From Dendrobates tinctorius (taxonomy: Eukaryota): a stretch of 64,000 nt of DNA. A program made the translations under genes and the position numbers. The notes under the pieces are model-generated. The model ran no database searches. It worked only from the letters and a program-made list of their open reading frames with translations, and had not been told where the DNA came from. The stretch lies in the NCBI RefSeq assembly GCF_039654945.1, contig NW_027361738.1:65100001-65164000 (forward strand), given 5' to 3'. Positions 48,803 through 60,399 of this stretch are shown piece after piece (within the stretch, counting starts at the first letter, position 1; each line of letters begins with the position of its first letter).

Positions 48803-50804
48803 ACCTCACTGGGGCCATCACCTTCAGCCACAGCCCGATATCCTTTTGATCCCACTTTATCTCCGGCCGTACCGCCTTCCTCTGCCTAAACTGCTCGTCG
48901 TATCGCAGCCACGCCTGGCCCCCATAAATACGATGCGCCTCCCCGATAGCATCTAAATAACAAAAAAGGCCAGAACAATTATCCGGAGACTTCTCCCCTA
49001 TGACACTAGCCAAAATAGCGAATGCCTGCATCCAATTCACAAAAGTCTGCGGGATCAGACCCAACCTCCTCTTTTCTTCCTCCTCTTTTTTACTATCGTC
49101 CTTCTTCCCCTTATCCAGGTTAAACTTTTCCAACGGCAGCAATGAAAATATCTCCACATACTCGTCCCGCCAAATCTTTTCCTTCACTTCTTTCTTTAAA
49201 TGGGCCCCCAGCGGCCCCTCAAAGCACACATAAACCTCTCCCTTAGCCCTATCGTCCAGTTTTATCCTATCCCCCTTATCCGTTTCCGTCTGCACTGAAA
49301 CAGATACTCCTGCCGCAGCTCCTTCATCGCATTCTACCGCGCGTAACACGTCACCACCCGACTCTGTGCCCGAACCGCGACTCACTATCCATGCCCCCGC
49401 TGGGGACGGAGCTGCCTCCCCAATAACCCCCCCTCCAGTCTCCTCAATATTTGCGACATGTTCGCCAAAATGTCCCTTAGCCCCGGCACCTCAGCCCCGC
49501 TAGGCCCACTACGCCCCATCCGCTCCCTACCATCTCCCTGCCTGCCCCCATCATCCTGCAATACAGCCCCTGCGGGCGACAAACACGACATGGAGCCATA
49601 CTCACATAGCTGCGCGGGTGCTGTGTCCCCGCCAGCTGGAAATCCGGAATCCTGACGTCCTCGAAGATCCTGATGCAGGCACCGCTGCTCCAGGCCCGCG
49701 CCCCTGGCCTCCTCGTCACCAGGGGGGACCCGAGCATGCGATACCCGCCGCTCCCGAGAACTCCCCCTTGAGCGGGACCCGTGACAGTCCCTGGACCCAT
49801 GCCCGACTGGCCGGTCCGTAGCACCCTCCGGGCGACTCCCGGATAAATGCCCCCAGGTGCCTGATGCCTCGTCTGCTGGATAGGGGCCAGGCAGGGCGAC
49901 CACGCTAAGTCGCCTCCCGCCCGTCGACCGGTCCGGGCTCCATGTGCTGCTGGGACCAGGCAGGGCGTCCCCGCTGAGCCCCCTCCTGTCCGCCGATCGG
50001 TCGGGGCTCCACATGCTGCTGGGACCGGGCAGGGCATCCTCGTGCTGCCCCCCCCGACCGCCGCACTCACGCTATGGACTGCAATGGGGGAAGGCAGGGC
50101 GGCAGCATCCAGCACCCTCCCGCCCGACTCACCTCCGGTCCTTCTGCTGACGGTGGGGCCAGGCAGGGCGCTGCCGCAACGCCCCCTCCTGCCCGCCGCG
50201 CCACGTCTGGTGCCCTGGCTGGCAGACGCCCCCGAGCGGTCCTCATCCCCGGGGGCGCCCTCGATCCTGCCTCCCGCCGCTGTGTTGCCCGGCGCCGGCC
50301 TCGCAGCTGTGAGGGCCTGCCGCGGCCTTCACTCTCCTCCCTGCTGCGCGACTCTTCGGCTCCTGCCCGCGACGTCACTTCCGGTCCGGCCTGCTGTTCC
50401 TGTCCAGCTCCCCCACGCTTGCCGCCCGCTCTGACCGGCCGGCTGGGCGGATTCCTGCCGGGACGGGCGCAGGGAGGGGATGCAGCCCCATCTGTTGCGC
50501 CGCCTGCAGGGTCCCTGGAGGGGCTCCGCAGCCGCCGCCTGCTGCGGGCTGACACCTCCGGTGACAGCCTTTCGGGGGGACGGGTCCTCCTTCCACGCCG
50601 GCTGGTTCCCTGCTCCGCAGCGCTGAGGAGGGAGGAAAGCTGGGTCTGTAGCCATCCTCCCCTCCTGGACCTGGCCACATCCTGCAGCCTGGCGAAAAGT
50701 TGCTGCTCGTCGTCCATCGATTCAGGTAGGACTTCTCTCCTCTGCTCCTGGCTGGTGAGTTCGGTTTTTCCCCGCACTTTTTCCCTAATACAGGCTGCCC
50801 CCAC
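48510..50804 (-). CDS. Ngaro gag-like ORF1 (split over three frames)
   Basis: KEKIWRDEYVEIFSLL, AWLRYDEQFRQR, and Zn-finger CWQFNDGQCKYGAGCKFKHVCSHCNGSSHGASKC. The N-terminus is low-complexity with apparent frameshifts. Confidence 0.7.
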
Positions 50805-51106
50805 CTTAAACCCCTCCCCCGGCCCCCGTCCCGGCCAACCATTTCAAACTGGCACAACACTAGTTCAAACTTCCCGCCCATAGCAGTCATGGGGGGCTTC
50901 CCCTAGGCTGTGCCCTTCCCCAGCCCCCTTCTTTATATTTTGTTGTTATAAATATTTTCTCTTTTAGCGATCCTGGCTACGTCCTTTCGCCTCTCGGGGT
51001 TGCCGCTTTGGCATTTCTAAGTGTAATGCTGATAATGGATGTGATATGACTCACGGATGTGTGTGCCAGTAATTTCCTGCTAATATCCCCATCTTGTTTT
51101 ATTCAG

Positions 51107-51172
51107 AATGACAAGTCTACAGAAGACCTGCAGATAATTGGAGGGGAGGACCTGTCAAAATTGACTGGAAAG
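51107..51172 (+). CDS. PRTFDC1: PRTFDC1 exon 4
   Basis: NDKSTEDLQIIGGEDLSKLTGK; 66 nt with AG/GT boundaries. Confidence 0.92.
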
Positions 51173-51559
51173 GTATTTAATGCATCATTTCACTTTAATA
51201 TAAAGTGACTCCACTTAAACACTTCCACCTTTCCCTACACGAAACAAAAGCCGGTTCATCCGCCATATCCGGCTGATTCTCACTGGATGGGATGAAAATG
51301 AGGTATATGAGCAATGTTCATGTGACTCCTAATATTTCTAATTCGATATGTGTTATTTATTGACTAAGGGTTCAGTCCCCTAAATACTAGCTCCCCCCCA
51401 CCCCCAACAGTAATAAATGGTCCTTGAGTCACTTTCTTGTGTCAAATTATATTCAGCCTTCGCTAAATCACTTCTGAGAATGCCATATTGGGTCACTCGA
51501 AGCCATTTGCTTGACTGGACCAGTGTGGATCAGATCTTTGAAAAATAAAAAAAACTTAA

Positions 51560-51905
51560 AGGGAAACTGTCAGCAGGTTTTTATACATGGAAGTAGTGGT
51601 GTGACTGTATAGGTGCTAGTCCACTGTGAAAAATGAGACCTTTTTTCTACAGATCCAATGTGCCAGTCACAAGAAATCTAGTGGAGAAGATGTATGCAAA
51701 TCTAACTGAAAGATCACTGGGGGTGTGTCAGTAGATGACACACCCCCAGTCCACTTCCATCTTGATTTGCATGTGACTTTTACAGTAGATTTCTCATGAC
51801 TGGCACATCGGATCTCTAGAAAAAAGGTCTTATTTTTGTTGCATAATAAGCACCTATAAAGCCAAACCACTACTTCCATATGTAAAAACCTCTGACTGTT
51901 TCCCT
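51560..51905. mobile_element. Kolobok/T2-type palindromic MITE
   Basis: TTAA|AGGGAAACTGTCAG...CTGACTGTTTCCCT|TTAA; the whole element folds back. Confidence 0.8.
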
Positions 51906-52319
51906 TTAAGGAGGTATTCTCATCCCTGATGCTTATCGCATATCCACACCTGTGGGATCTGAACCTCTCTTGAGAATGGGACCCCGTCTCGTGCCGATAT
52001 AAATAGCAGCACATACACAGGTCTCTCTCTCAACTATCAGACATTTATGGCATATCCCATGAGAAATCTACAGAGAATTGAAAATAAAAACATATATTGG
52101 GAAGTTGTAAAAGCTGTAATACCATAAAATGAGAAGATTTATAAAGAGGTCGTCCGAAATTAAAAATGGCGCCCCCAGTGTCCATATGCTGTGTCTGGTA
52201 TTGCACAGGTGCAGTTGAGAGTGTCACTGTTCATGGAGGTCAAGGTATTTATAACAATACCCCTGTAAAACATATCATGAAAATACCTGACAATTAATTG
52301 GAATTTCTCTTTATTCCAG

Positions 52320-52337
52320 AATGTCCTGATTGTAGAG
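52320..52337 (+). CDS. PRTFDC1: PRTFDC1 exon 5 (18-nt microexon)
   Basis: TTCCAG|AAT GTC CTG ATT GTA GAG|GTAAGT encodes NVLIVE. Confidence 0.92.
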
Positions 52338-52759
52338 GTAAGTATATTTACATTTTTTAATATTCTTTCTAGACCTTTGCTTTTTTTTATTTGTTTTCAT
52401 GATATGGAAATATTTGTCAGTGTGATAAGTCCGTAGGTTCCTTTATAGATGGGCAGTTGTCTGAGGCAGCCATCTCTGGGGCCCGTTCTGCACTGTGTGC
52501 GATCACTTTTGATGAGCTGCGATCCTATTGGGGGCACAGAAATGCCTTCAGGACATGTTCACACCTAGCGTTTCTGCTGTTTTATTTCCATGCTTTTTTA
52601 GGGGAGGGGGATTTCATTGTTTTTACAGTGGAAGCAAAATAAGATTTCTAAAATTTAATTCACACAGTGCTCTTTTTTGTTTTTCTTTGTGTCTTTTGCG
52701 CTGCGTTCTTACTGCTTTGAATGGCTAAAAACCCTTTCAACTGAATGCGCAGAAATCTT

Positions 52760-53078
52760 TTTCCCCGCCTCTATTGTTTTCCCCGCCTTTATTGTTTCCC
52801 CCCAGCCTCTATTGTTTTCCCCCGCCTCTATTGTTTTCCCTGCCTCTATTGTTTTCCCCGCCTCTATTGTTTACCGCAGCCTCTATTGTTTACCCCAGCC
52901 TCTATTGTTTACCCCAGCCTCTATTGTTTACCCCAGCCTCTATTGTTTTCCCCCGCCTCTATTGTTTTCCCTGCCTCTATTGTTTTCCCCGCCTCTATTG
53001 TTTACCGCAGCCTCTATTGTTTACCCCAGCCTCTATTGTTTACCCCAGCCTCTATTGTTTTCCCCCGCCTCTATTTTT
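52760..53078. repeat. ~20-22-bp minisatellite
   Basis: About 15 copies of GCCTCTATTGTTT(T/A)CCCC. Confidence 0.9.
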
Positions 53079-53432
53079 TTCCCTCTTTTTTTTTTCTTTT
53101 TTCCTCCAAGGAAAAACATCTGCATAGCAGTATGTATAGTAAAAAAAAATGTTGTTCTCCTGTGGCAGGCCTTCTCGGAAGCACCAATATGGCAGCTCCT
53201 GGGGTCTCAAGAAAGCTCTCAGCTGCCAGCGGAAATCCATCGGCACCCTGCAATCTTGTCCCAGGGGACACCTGAATAAATGCCCCACCCAAGAACATAC
53301 TACTTAAATACTGCTGTCAATGATTGACTGCACCATTAAAGTGGTTAAATTGAGCTAGCTAGGATTGCTGCTGTTAATAATTCATCACCGACCAGGAAGG
53401 GGTTAAAGGGAACATATCACATTTAAAATGCC

Positions 53433-54600
53433 ATAATAATAATAATTTTTATTTATATAGCGCCAACATATTCCGCAGCACTTTACAATTAAGTGGGGAC
53501 TTGTACAGACAATAAATTCAATACAAGTTAAGACAATTCAGACAGTGACATTAGGAGTGAGGTCCCTGCTCGAAGCTTACAATCTACAAGGAAATGGGGG
53601 GACACAGGAGGTGAGAAGTGCTTGTTATTTCAGGTCTGGCAATTATAATAAATAGGGATTTTCATATAAAGCTGCATGATCCGGTCATCAGCCCGTGTGT
53701 TTAAGTGCAATAGTCAAGTATCAAGCGCAGTTATCGTGTGCATGGAGGGTGTGCAGACAGATGAATAGTAGGGTGTAGATTCAGAATAATATTTGGAAGG
53801 AGGGAACAGGGCAAAGTTAGCTTACTGAGTAGCTGATGTGGTAGGCTTGTTTGAAGAGATGGGTTTTCAAAGCGCGCTTGAATAGGTTGAGGCTAGGTAT
53901 CAGTCTGATCGTCTGGGGAGGTGCATTCCAGAGAGCTGGAGCAGCACGAGAGAAGTCTTGGAGACAGAGGTGCGAGTTATGGATTACGGGGGATGTTAGT
54001 CTTAGGTCATTTGTAGAACAGAGGGCACGTGTAGGGCGATAGACAGAGATGAGAGAGGAGATATAAGGCGGTGCAGAACAGTGGAGAGCTTTGTGGGTGA
54101 GAGAGATGAGTTTATACTGGACCCTGTAGCGAATATGTAGTTAGTGTAATGACAAGATGGAGGCATCGGTGAAGCGGCTGGACAGAAATATGACCCTGGC
54201 TGCCGCATTCAAGATGGATTGGAGAGGAGAAAGTTTGGTAAGAGGGAGACCAATCAGAAGAGAGTTGCAGTAGTCCAGACGAGAATGAATAAGAGCGACA
54301 GTAAGAGTCTTAGCAGTTTCAAAGGTGAGAAAAGGTCGGATTCTGGAGATGTTTTTAAGATGCAGGTGACAAGAGCGAGTGAGTGATCGGATATAGGGCG
54401 TAAAGGAAAGTTTGGTGTCGAATATGACCCCAAGACGGCGGTCATGCTGCCTGGGAGTTATGGTTGAACCCTCCAGGGTTATTTCGATGTTAGGTAGAGT
54501 GAGGTTAGTAGAGGGGAGAAACACAAGAAGTTCAGTTTTGGAGAGATTTAGTTTCAGATAGAGGGAGGACATGATGTTAGAGACAGCAGACAGACAATCC
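53433..54600 (-). mobile_element. 5'-truncated L2 (CR1-group) LINE
   Basis: ORF 54141-54572 reads LKLNLSKTEL...LGVIFD...SRLDYCNSLLIGLP. The 3' UTR ends GCTGCGGAATATGTTGGCGCTATATAAATAAA(ATT)n. Confidence 0.88.
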
Positions 54601-55551
54601 TCTGTGCTGCAGGAGGAGATCAGTAGCCTGATATATCATTTTGCTGGAAAATATTCAGATTCAGTAGATCTTGCAGTCTATTAATCAAAGTTTCAATTTA
54701 TTTGCGACTTGGGACCGCCCACTGGACTCTTATCTGCAATAACTATCAATCGGTGGATGATAAGGTCCACTTGACTCAAAACTAAAACTAGGCTTTTCCT
54801 GGAATCATTCTACTCAGCAAATCCTGCTTTGAACCACAGTGTAGGGAGAGTAAACAGGAAAGTTCCACATGACTGGTCACGATATGACTTTCTGATAGTC
54901 TGCAGCCACCAATGGGGGGGGGGGGGAGATTTTACATGCGGATATTGAACTCCGTGCCATGTACAGTACTAATTTCTCCTTAGTGGTGACTACAAGAATG
55001 TTATCAATTAGTTGCACATATTAAAATTGGATTTTTTTTTTTTTAAGACTGAGCTGCACAGATGTGAATAGTGGCCAATGCCATTCTTGCTGTAAACTTA
55101 CTATTTCATGGCTTCTAGAACTACTCACACGGAGCATAAACTCTGCATTAGGCCAATTCACACATCAAAAGCGTTTCTCTGATTACTCGCTCCACTAATA
55201 TTTCTTGTACTGTGAAGATAATTGGGCTTGACATCACTGTGCAGAATTCTGCGCTCGCTCCCCGTCATGCGGACATTTCCATGTTAAATAACGACGTTGA
55301 AGCTTTTTGTCACCGGTAGAGCCAAGTCTAATATACATTACATGGAGGAAGCGCCTGGACTATCGGACCTTGATGTCTTCCCAAATTTGCTGTTTAAAAC
55401 ACCCTGCTACTTTAAAAATGAAGAAGTCGCTTATTTTGGCTGCGCTTCTGTACGTCTCCATCATGGTCGGCACGGCCGGGTAACGAAAGGTCCAAATGAC
55501 CCTCCGATGGGCTCGGGCTCTGAAACGATCATGAACACCAGAGATCCAACA

Positions 55552-56100
55552 GAAAATAACTGCATTTAGACATGACTTTGGAACCAATCACTGATTGGGA
55601 CCGCCCACTGGACTCCTAAGAATAGAATGAGCAGAGAATTAAAAAAAAATAAAACACAAGTTCTACTGAATATTTTCCAACAAAACTATACCTCGACCTA
55701 TTCGGCGCCTCCTGTGTTGGCACGATGGTGGATGCCGAAGGTATTAAAGAAAACAACTGTATTTGGAGTTGACTTTGTTACCAATCACTGATTAGGACCG
55801 CCCACTGGACTCATAAGAATAGAACGTGCTGAGATTTAAAAAAAAAAATAAAATAAAAGTTCTACTGAATATTTTCCAACAAAATTATACCTCGACCTAT
55901 TCAGCGCCTCCTGTGTTAGCACGATGGTGGACGCCGAAGGTATTAAAGAAAGCAACTGTATTTGGAGATGTCTTTGTTACCAATCACTGATTAGGACCGC
56001 CCACCGGACTCCTTCAAATAAAATGGATGGGATTTAAAAAAATAAAATAAAATACAAGCTATTTTGAATCTTTTCTACCAAAACTGTATATCAATCTATT
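55552..56100. repeat. ~198-bp tandem repeat (about 2.7 copies)
   Basis: CCAATCACTGATT(G/A)GGACCGCCCAC at about 55584, 55781 and 55980. Confidence 0.8.
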
Positions 56101-56731
56101 ACTCTGTATAATATGCTGCCTGCAGATCTGATGCTATAGCGTATGTGACAAGTTCCCTTTAACTTATAACACTGTTATTAGAGAGGGAAAATGGTATAAC
56201 AGGGGTTTTCCACCTCTGGTGACAATTTTTTATTTTTAACTTAACTTCTTTTATTTGAGACTAAAAAAAAATCATTTTTGAAATTTGGTTTGAATAAATT
56301 TAGCATCATTTGACTTTTACCAGCTCTTTATTTCCTGGATATTCAACTTTGATGATGTCTGTGGTCAAAAATCAGCTTAGAGGAGCAAAAAAAAAAGAAA
56401 GATAAGAGTTACAAACACTTCCATTGGACTGTGTCATGATGAGCTCACTGACAGACTCTCAGTTGACTCATTCTGCATATAGCATTAGACAATCCATCAC
56501 AATGGTTATAGAAGGAAAATGATGCAAAATTTATAATGAAATCCAATTACAACAATGTTTTTAGCCAAAAATACATGCATTTAAATATGAAAAATTAAAA
56601 TTGTACACAAAGGTGGACAACATTTTAACGCTAGATTTCTGCTCTGGGTACTGCCCATTTGTCTGTGATTTTCCAGCTATAGACACATCACTGTTATCTG
56701 TGTAGTTACCCGGTGTCTTTATAATTTTCAG

Positions 56732-56814
56732 GATGTTATAGGAACCGGCAGAACGATGGAAGCTCTGCTAAGTCATCTGGAGAAGTACAGTCCAAAAATG
56801 GTGAAGGTGGCAAG
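56732..56814 (+). CDS. PRTFDC1: PRTFDC1 exon 6
   Basis: [28 protein letters not shown]; 83 nt. Gly occupies the position of the HPRT catalytic Asp. Confidence 0.93.
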
Positions 56815-58880
56815 GTTGGTGTCTACACTAGATACAGATCTATACCCTTGTATCTAGACCAGATTTTCTGCGACTGGTTTTTAGTTTGTGCACTTGATAT
56901 TGGTGCAAAACCTTTTGTTTCTAAAGCAAAGTGAAGGAGGCTGGTCTCAACACCGGGGTGGCGTGAGGGATAGGAGTTTTTTTTTTTTGGGGGGGGGGGT
57001 GCCAGGGTTGCCCACCTTTTTCTTTTTCTTACTTAAATGTATATATTTTTGTTTAAAAAAAAACAACATTTTTGTCATTTAAAACTTTTGCAGTTTGCCA
57101 TCTATATCCTCTGCTCGGTACTGACTGTTGGCGGCTGTAGAATGGGTTAACTGAGGATCCATCAGTGAGCACATTTTTGACAGTCTAATGAGAGATTTTC
57201 TAAAGCTTTTTCATTCGTTTTTTTTTTTAGCTCCTTTTAGTTGATTTATGACCACATCAAAGTCGAATGTGTCGAGGAAGCAAAGAACAAAACCGTTTGA
57301 ACATGTGTTTTGTGTTTTTTCTTAATGGAACCAAATTTTAAAACGTATTTTTTAGACCCGAATGCATGCATTTTAAATAAAATAAAAATTAAATTTAAAA
57401 AAATTGTCTCCAGAAGTGCAGAAGTGAGCGGATGCTAAACCTAATTTGACAAAAATGTAAATTAAGCACGAATTATGTAGACTTATATGCAACAGCACAC
57501 CACAATTAAAGGGGTCGTTCACCACTCGGATAACCCCCTTCTCAATCCTCATGTTTCCCCCAGTAAAATAATAATACTTACACTCCCCTTTTCCTGAAGA
57601 AAAAGTTGCTGCAAAAACTAAACGTTTGCACATAGCCACTGCAGCATTTTCTGTGTACTCTGGAAACAGTCAGAAATCCTGCAAAGAACAAAGGAGTAAT
57701 TTCCTGCTGATCGGTTTCATCTTAGCTGCTGTTTGCACACACCCTTTTAGCCAATAGGCAGGGCTTAGTCAATTTTTGTTTGTCCTATTGCAGACATGGA
57801 AAAGGGGGGAGGCTCCTGCTGCAGACATTTCCCATTTGACTCTATGAGAAGTTAAAAGGGCCAGGATTTTACCTCCCATCAATATGGTTTTGTCAAACAT
57901 CAGAACCTTACCCTTAGAGATTGTAGGACTTCTCCTAGCCTCCTTCATCCAGTACGTGAGACAATCGGTGCCTGCGGGGGGTGTTATTAAATGGGGGTTG
58001 TCCACTACATGGACAGCCTCTTCATAAATGAAACGGTTCCCCTCTGAAAATAAAAGCAGCGCATGCTCCCCTCTCAGACCAGCGCTGTTCCAGCAATGTT
58101 GGCACCGTGTCTGCCAGCGTTCGTGTGACATTATTTCACGTGAGCGCCGCAGCCAGTAGAGCATATTCTGGTTATACATTAAATGGACCCCCGCCTTGTT
58201 TAAGAAAGGAACGTCCAAGTAGTGGACCGGACCTTTAATTTATGCAGATACCGGGGTTGTTCATCGGATTAGCGGTCCCAAGAGCTCTACTATTGGATAA
58301 AACACTGGGAGTGGCAAGAGATGAGCGAATCGGTGTAAAGTGAATTGAATTTGCTACGAATTTCACACCTCTGAATCCAAATTTTTCATGCAAATTCTAA
58401 GAAATGGCGGCCGAACCCAATTTTTCTGAATTGTGGAGAGTCGTAAAAGAGGGTTAAAAAAAAACAGGTTAATGTTCTTGTCCCTGGTCTCTCCCATCCG
58501 GTCCTCCGCTCCATCCGGCCACTTCTTTCTTCTGGCGCACGAGGAGCGCCTCCGCTCTGCAGCGCGGCTTCAGGCGCCGACACCATGACGCGCGTTTCAT
58601 TCACAACATTTGATTTGATAATAAAGAAATGCACATTACATTTTCTGGCCAAATACGAGCGAATTGTGGAAATCGAATTTCACAAGAAAAGGAAATAGAA
58701 AGGGAAAGACATTGACATTGGAACCACTGCTGCAATCTAAAAGCCAACGAGAACTGTGGCTGACAAAAGTCGTCCCAGTGGATGGAGAACATCTGTTTCG
58801 CATGTTTCTGTGTATCCTATGAATGGATGTGATTGGCTTTGTAAATATATAATCAATTCTTATTTTTTTTTTCCTTCCAG

Positions 58881-58924
58881 TTTGTTGGTGAAGCGATCGG
58901 CCAATAATAAATACAGACCTGACT
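58881..58924 (+). CDS. PRTFDC1: PRTFDC1 exon 7 (gene continues beyond window)
   Basis: LLVKRSANNKYRPD. Acceptor TTCCAG|, donor |GTGAGT. Confidence 0.9.
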
Positions 58925-59213
58925 GTGAGTCATTGGAACGTTTCCTTCTCATTGCAATGATTTTGTGGTCCTTCGTTTTGGCATCTGTGGTTATAATATA
59001 GACATACGTTGTAGTTGTAGCTCGATGGATTCATATTAGATCTCCTTTTTATTATAGTGTTGGGTCCTCCAGCAGCAGCCCCCCATTAGCCAATCTCTGG
59101 AGGACCGCCAATGTGATTGCCGAGGCTCAGCTCGTATTCAGTTGACGGGTGATAAGGCCGGGTATCAGATCCCCACTTATCTGGTCTTTAAGCATATATC
59201 ATCAGTCTCTTAA

Positions 59214-59649
59214 AGAGAATCTGTCAGCAGGTTTTTTGCTAACTGAGAACCAATAATATGACAGGAGCATAATGTAGGAGCAGAGACCCTGATTCCAGCC
59301 ATGTATCACTTGTTAGGCTTATTGGTGCAGTTTTGATAAAATCCTTGTTTTCTCTTCTGTAGGTGTTGCAGTTCTCTGAACCCTAAGCTCTGTATAACCC
59401 CACCCACACCACTGATTGGCAGCCTCCAGTGTACACTGTCAGCGAGCTACCAATCAGTGGTGGGGGTGGGGTTATACAGAATAGCCTGATTGGCCTGTAC
59501 ATAACACCTAGTCTTGCAGTGATGATCTCCTGCTGATAAAACACTGATTGTATTGAAACAACAGGAAACTGCTGAGAAAATCATACATCCCTGGAATAAG
59601 TCTCTCTGCTCCTCTGATTAAATAGTAAAAACCTGCCGGCAGAATACCT
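59214..59649. mobile_element. Kolobok/T2-type MITE
   Basis: TTAA|AGAGAATCTGTCAGCAGG...CCTGCCGGCAGAATACCT; same family as 63466-63880. Confidence 0.7.
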
Positions 59650-60155
59650 TAAAGGATGACTATCCCTATAATCGCTGCAGCAGTATTTCACACGTGGTGG
59701 AAAAATCTATCATAATTTCCTCCAGCAGATTTTGTTGCAGATTTAACCATTTTATCCCTCTTCATTGAAAAGGGTGAAATCTGCTGGTGGTAAAAAATAA
59801 AATAAAAAAAATACAATTGCATGGTGGGTGCCGGAATCAGTTGTGAATTTTCCCGTTTAAAAATATGTAAGGAAATTGTCCTGTGTGGACATGGCACATT
59901 ACCGATTCTGCATTGGGCTCCCCTCACTTTGCGTTTTCTCTATGGCCAGGGAGCCCTGCGCAGGTTTGCACCACTTCTGGAAAAAGCATTCTGGCTCCAC
60001 TCACTCTCACTCTCTAAGTATTTGGCAGTCATCATATTATACAGCACTGTGTACTTACAATTGCTCATTTTGCCTTTCTACCTGGATAATTCTTCTCTTT
60101 TCCATTAAGTCTATGACATCACATGATTACTAACGGATTAGCTAAGTTCTTCTAA

Positions 60156-60399
60156 GGCCTGTTTCACACTTCCGTTTTTTCAAATCCGTCAAAATCCGTT
60201 GTTTTCCGTAAAAAAACGGATCCGCCATTTTTTGCAGGATCCGTTTTTTTTGTCCCATAGACTTCCATTACGGTTACCGCGGATCCGTCAAAAAAACGGA
60301 TCCGTTTTTAAAAAAACGGATCCGTTTGCATCAGTTTCCGTCAAAAAAACGGAAACGGATCCGTTTGGCGGACACAAAAACGGAAGTGTGAAACAGGCC
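60156..60399. mobile_element. PIF/Harbinger-type MITE (young)
   Basis: TAA|GGCCTGTTTCACACTTCCGTTTTT...AAAAACGGAAGTGTGAAACAGGCC|TAA, perfect TIRs. Confidence 0.88.

Larger units (their letters stand above)
44185..50931 (-). mobile_element. Full-length Ngaro-type (DIRS order) tyrosine-recombinase retrotransposon
   Basis: Split direct repeats in the order A1 (50729-50931), ORFs, B1 (44981-45423), A2 (44779-44980), spacer, B2 (44185-44627). Carries gag, RT/RH, YR and SGNH ORFs. Confidence 0.92.
53407..56158. mobile_element. Kolobok/T2-type element(s) hosting the L2 insertion
   Basis: TTAA|AGGGAACAT... and ...GACAAGTTCCCT|TTAA, with recurring GGGACCGCCCACTGGACTC. May be more than one element. 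Confidence 0.45.

Noticed and set aside
50042-50883. Plus-strand 269-aa ORF or CpG-island promoter
   Set aside because: GC-rich antisense frame of the Ngaro 5' region, not a host gene.
52677-53279. 200-aa and 176-aa ORFs
   Set aside because: Translations of a minisatellite, open in several frames.
36960-58924. HPRT1 as the identity of the phosphoribosyltransferase gene
   Set aside because: [15 protein letters not shown] and DVIGTG (Gly for Asp), together with adjacency to ENKUR, indicate PRTFDC1.
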